Below, one piece after another: positions 60,826 through 64,000 of a stretch of DNA of 64,000 nucleotides. The stretch is taken from the NCBI GenBank assembly GCA_023398815.1, contig JAEWRW010000028.1:139102-203101 (forward strand), given 5' to 3'. Position 1 is the stretch's first letter. The number at the start of each line of letters is the position of its first letter. Under the pieces are notes generated by a model. It did not search any database. It saw only the letters and a program-made list of their open reading frames with translations, and had not been told where the DNA came from. This DNA comes from Bacillota bacterium (GTDB lineage Bacteria > Bacillota > Clostridia > Christensenellales > UMGS416). Position numbers and translations under genes: made by a program.

Positions 60826-60869
60826 AGTCATCCACAACGGATTAAGCCTACCCGATGTGGGGCCATCTG

Positions 60870-61439
60870 TCAATCGACGATTTCCTTCTTTTCCCGTTCG
60901 GCCAGGATGATGTTGATGTAGCCGTACTGCACCATGGAAATGATGTTGAGCGCCACCGCCAGTGCCATGAACCAAGCGTCCCAGGGGGCCACATACTGAT
61001 GCAGGAACAACAGCACCACCGCCAGGAAGTAGGTGAACGCCGCAAACTTGCCAAAGTAGTTGGCCTGTACCACACGCTTGAACACAAAGTAAATGAGTGC
61101 GCCGCCCACGACCATCATAAGTTCCTTGGCCACGATGACGACAAGCAGCCACGTGCTGAAATACCCCTGCACCAACATGCAGATGAGTGCCGCGATCGTC
61201 AAACCCTTGTCGGCAATGGGGTCAAGCACCTTGCCAACGTTGCTGATCTGATGGAAGCGCCGGGCGATGTAGCCATCCACCACGTCGGTGGCCGAAGCCG
61301 TGAGGTACACGACCATGGCGGCAATCGGTCGCTCCAGAATGAAGTAGCGCACCATGACGCCAATGAGCGCCAGGCGCACCAGCGTCAGCAGGTTCGGAAT
61401 GGTCAGTATGCGATTGCTGTTGGCAGTGTTCTCGCTCAT
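60870..61439 (-). CDS. pgsA: CDP-diacylglycerol--glycerol-3-phosphate 3-phosphatidyltransferase
   Basis: 189 aa with the CDP-alcohol phosphatidyltransferase motif DVVDGYIARRFHQISNVGKVLDPIADK and multiple TM helices. Confidence 0.85.
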   Translation of the reverse strand: MSENTANSNRILTIPNLLTLVRLALIGVMVRYFILERPIAAMVVYLTASATDVVDGYIARRFHQISNVGKVLDPIADKGLTIAALICMLVQGYFSTWLLVVIVAKELMMVVGGALIYFVFKRVVQANYFGKFAAFTYFLAVVLLFLHQYVAPWDAWFMALAVALNIISMVQYGYINIILAEREKKEIVD

Positions 61440-61500
61440 ACGGTCTCCCCTTTTCGGCCCTGATTATACACCCGGCCCAACGGCCAAACAAGTGAGGCGA

Positions 61501-62970
61501 TTACGCATTCTCCCCGGTGATGGGGGTGAGACGGAAACTCTCCACATGGCTGCTGCGGCTAGAGAAGATCTCCACGTTCTTCATTTCCCGGGCCATACCG
61601 CTGCGCTCCAGGTAGTCGGCAACCTCCACATTCACCTTGAGCATGTACTTCTCCACAGTCAGGTTGTCACAGGCGCGCTTGTACTGTCGCAACACCTCGA
61701 TGGCCACCGACTGGGGTGTCAGCACCCGTCCGGTGCCGCCGCAGTGGGGGCAGGTCGTGTGCAGGATGGTCGACACCCGCTGGCGGATCTTCTTTCGCGT
61801 CATCTCCACCAGCCCAAGCTGGGTGATGCCCAGCACATTGGTGCGGGTGCGGTCGCGCTTCAGGGCCTCCCGCAGGGTGGCGAGCAGCTCTTCCTTGTTC
61901 TGCTCGGTGTTCATGTCAATGAAGTCAATGAGGATGATGCCGCCGATGTCCCGCAGGCGGATCTGCCGTGCGATCTCCCGTGCGGCTTCCTTGTTGGTGT
62001 GGAGGATCGTCTCCTGCAGGCTGCTGTCGCCCACATACTTGCCGGTGTTGACATCGATGACCGTCAGTGCCTCGGTGTGGTCGATCATCAGGTATCCGCC
62101 AGACTTGAGCCAGCTCTTGCGCTGGAAGGTTTTCTTGATGTCGCTCTCAATGGAGAAGCGGTCAAAGAGGTCGTAGGCGCCGTCGTAGCACTCCAACGCC
62201 GTGGGCTCGATGCCCTGCTCGGTGAGCAGGCCGTGAATGATATCGTAGGTCGCCCGGTCGTTGACGACGTAGCGGCGAACGTCCCGATCGAACATATCGC
62301 GCACGGCGCGCACCGCCAGCCCCTGGTCGCGGTAGAGCTCCTTGGGCGCGGTGGCCTTCTTCTCCCGCTGCTCCAGGTCGTGCCACCAGTCGAGCAGCGC
62401 CGGAATCTCGTCGGCCAGTTCCTCCTCCGACACGCCCTGGGCGGCAGTACGCACGATGATGCCAACCCCCGCCGGGCGCAGGCTCTCAGCCATGCGCTTC
62501 AAACGCATGCGCTCCCCATCGTCCTCTATGCGGCGGGAGACACCCACATATTCCATGTGCGGCATCATCACCATGAGCCGTGAGGGCAGCGTGATGTTGG
62601 TGGTGATGCGTGCGCCTTTGGTACCCGAGGGGTCCTTGAGCACCTGCACGACGATCTCCTGCCCCTCCCGCAGCACCTGGCGGATGAGCCGGGGCTCCAC
62701 CCGCTGGCCGCTCTCCCCACCGAACTGGAAGTCGCTGTTGTCGAGTGCCACATCCCCCAGGTGCAGGAAGGCATTCTTCTCCAGGCCGATGTCTACAAAG
62801 GCCGCCTCCATCCCCGGCAGGATGTTGCGCACCACGCCCTTGTAGATGTTGCCGGCCAATCGCTCCCTGCCCGGGCGCTCCACATAGTATTCGGCTAGGT
62901 CACCATCCTCCAGAAGAGCCACGCGGGTTTGATAGGGAGTCACGTCGGCCAGCAGTATCTTCTCACTCAT
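61501..62970 (-). CDS. rng: ribonuclease G/E family (Rne/Rng) endoribonuclease
   Basis: ORF 61501..62979 (GTG). The ATG at 62970 gives MSEKILLADVTPYQTRVALLEDG. It has an S1 domain (GNIYKGVVRNILPGMEAAFVDIG), a catalytic core (IDHTEALTVIDVNTG...IILIDFIDM) and a Zn-link (CPHCGGTG). Confidence 0.88.
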   Translation of the reverse strand: MSEKILLADVTPYQTRVALLEDGDLAEYYVERPGRERLAGNIYKGVVRNILPGMEAAFVDIGLEKNAFLHLGDVALDNSDFQFGGESGQRVEPRLIRQVLREGQEIVVQVLKDPSGTKGARITTNITLPSRLMVMMPHMEYVGVSRRIEDDGERMRLKRMAESLRPAGVGIIVRTAAQGVSEEELADEIPALLDWWHDLEQREKKATAPKELYRDQGLAVRAVRDMFDRDVRRYVVNDRATYDIIHGLLTEQGIEPTALECYDGAYDLFDRFSIESDIKKTFQRKSWLKSGGYLMIDHTEALTVIDVNTGKYVGDSSLQETILHTNKEAAREIARQIRLRDIGGIILIDFIDMNTEQNKEELLATLREALKRDRTRTNVLGITQLGLVEMTRKKIRQRVSTILHTTCPHCGGTGRVLTPQSVAIEVLRQYKRACDNLTVEKYMLKVNVEVADYLERSGMAREMKNVEIFSSRSSHVESFRLTPITGENA

Positions 62971-63637
62971 CCTCGTCACTTCCGATGCAAATTTGGGAAA
63001 GCGGCGTCAGAGCGCCGTCTCGCTCGGCATACAACTCCAACCGGGTGAAGGTGGCGGCGGCGTCCCGCTCCAACGCGGCGCGCACCACCGTTTCGGGACG
63101 GATGTTCCGCACGCTCCCGGCCGAGAGCAGCAGTTCCACGCCGTCTTCGGCTGGCTCCACCGCCAAGAGACCCGGGCGGATGTCAGTGAGCGTCTCGCCC
63201 TTCTTACCCTGCTTCATCACGGGCACGGTCTCCCGCCCCAGCAGGGCAGCAAAGGCTGCGGTCTGGTCACCTTCCTCGGGCTGCAGGGCCACATGCCAGC
63301 GGGCAGCGGCCACCGAGGCCATGAGGGTGGACGATTCCTCCGCCAGCGCCCACACCCCGGTGGCATGGAGGCCGCTTGGCAGCGCCCCGTTGAGCACGGC
63401 CAGCGCAGATGACAGATCATAGCCGTCGGGCAGAGTGATCTCCATGTATTCGGCGCGGGAGAGATACCCCAGCCCCAGCGCCTGGGCAAAGCTCATGACA
63501 ATATGCGGGTGAAAGCCCTGGGACACCTTGGCCGGCAGCCCCGCGCGGCGGATGGCACGGTGCATGGCACGCATCAGATCCAGGTGAGCAATGTACTGGG
63601 TCGGGCCGTCCTTTTCAAAGCGGAATACCACTCTCAT
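62963..63637 (-). CDS. DUF2344 / TIGR03936-type radical-SAM-associated protein
   Basis: ORF 62963..63730. The start is at 63637 (MRVVFRFEKDGPTQYIAHLDLMRAMHRAIRRAGLP...SQGFHPH), in an ATGA overlap with the upstream radical SAM gene. Confidence 0.8.
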   Translation of the reverse strand: MRVVFRFEKDGPTQYIAHLDLMRAMHRAIRRAGLPAKVSQGFHPHIVMSFAQALGLGYLSRAEYMEITLPDGYDLSSALAVLNGALPSGLHATGVWALAEESSTLMASVAAARWHVALQPEEGDQTAAFAALLGRETVPVMKQGKKGETLTDIRPGLLAVEPAEDGVELLLSAGSVRNIRPETVVRAALERDAAATFTRLELYAERDGALTPLSQICIGSDEDE

Positions 63638-64000
63638 TGCTTGGCACCTCCGCAGCGATCCATGAGTCCGCAGCCCAGGCAGCCATTCCGGCAATCGGGG
63701 GTCAACTCGCCGCGCTGGGCGCGCTCCCACTCCTGCCAGAGGAACTGGGCGTCAATGCCCGAATCGATGTGCGCCCAAGGCAGCACTTCGTCCCGGTCAA
63801 AGGCACGGTTGGCCCAGAAGGTACCCTCCACCCCGCTCACCCGGAACGCCTCGTCCCAACGCTCCTGGCGGAAGTGCTCCCGCCAGCTATCCAGCCGGCA
63901 GCCCTGCCGCCAGGCTTCCTCAATGAGGCGGGAGACCGGCCTGCCACCCCGGGCGATGACGGCCTCCAAGTAGGAAAGCTCGGCGTCATGCCAGCTGTAA
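63634..64000 (-). CDS. C-terminal part of a radical SAM protein (TIGR03960-like partner of DUF2344); gene start lies beyond window end
   Basis: The frame is open from 64000 (my translation reads ...YSWHDAELSYLEAVIARGGRPVSRLIEEAWRQGCRLDSWREHF...CRNGCLGCG...). The identity is inferred mainly from its conserved pairing with the DUF2344 gene; the radical SAM core itself is outside the window. Confidence 0.6.
   Translation of the reverse strand, partial: YSWHDAELSYLEAVIARGGRPVSRLIEEAWRQGCRLDSWREHFRQERWDEAFRVSGVEGTFWANRAFDRDEVLPWAHIDSGIDAQFLWQEWERAQRGELTPDCRNGCLGCGLMDRCGGAKQ

Noticed and set aside
1-64000. Search for mobile elements, prophage remnants, toxin-antitoxin pairs, restriction-modification or other defence systems, and tRNA/rRNA genes.
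   Set aside because: No integrase, transposase or recombinase-like translations, no inverted terminal repeats, no small paired ORFs with TA-like features and no tRNA-like cloverleaf candidates were noticed. The only compositional outliers are the ABC exporter and, mildly, the PG-binding protein gene.

Overview
GC-rich (roughly 60-65 % by eye) chromosomal core segment, probably from a Bacillota (Clostridia-like) genome. That placement is inferred from a T-box leader, darA-holB-ricT synteny, low-GC-type RBS/promoter signals and the gene content. I support 55 protein-coding genes, 50 of them on the minus strand and packed into tightly coupled operons. One of them, the ftsK 5' part at the window start, is missing from the ORF track. 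Housekeeping genes: ftsK', dus, aspS-hisS, mutS2, zapA, pheST (Phe T-box), tex, ricT, holB, darA, rluA-like, gcvT-H-PA-PB (tandem glycine riboswitch), pgsA, rng. Metabolic modules: an E2-E3-fused-E1 2-oxoacid dehydrogenase operon; AsnC/aminotransferase/DUF362; several sugar modules (FGGY kinase + TIM barrel; DeoR + long MDR dehydrogenase; Gfo/Idh/MocA + TIM barrel; GH32 + PfkB; GH30 + ThuA + two tandem Gfo/Idh/MocA paralogs). I saw no tRNA, rRNA, CRISPR array, transposase, integrase or recognisable defence genes. Items most worth a second look: (1) a stand-alone plus-strand pair of an IscU/NifU-like protein and a 'GGGtGRT' family protein of unknown function; (2) a 272-nt ORF-less, hairpin-dense segment bracketed by two identical 28-nt hairpins exactly 300 bp apart, upstream of a hisS promoter that lacks a T-box; (3) a six-gene translationally coupled operon (glycerate kinase, AraC, a catalytically degenerate CheB-like protein, EamA transporter, a 375-aa GNAT-like protein, a URO-D family protein); (4) a frameshifted mtnA; (5) a mini-ORF plus terminator leader in front of a lower-GC ABC exporter; (6) a RicT/PSP1 protein with a long RGG-rich tail. 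All family calls rest on reading motifs in the translations by eye; no database search was run.
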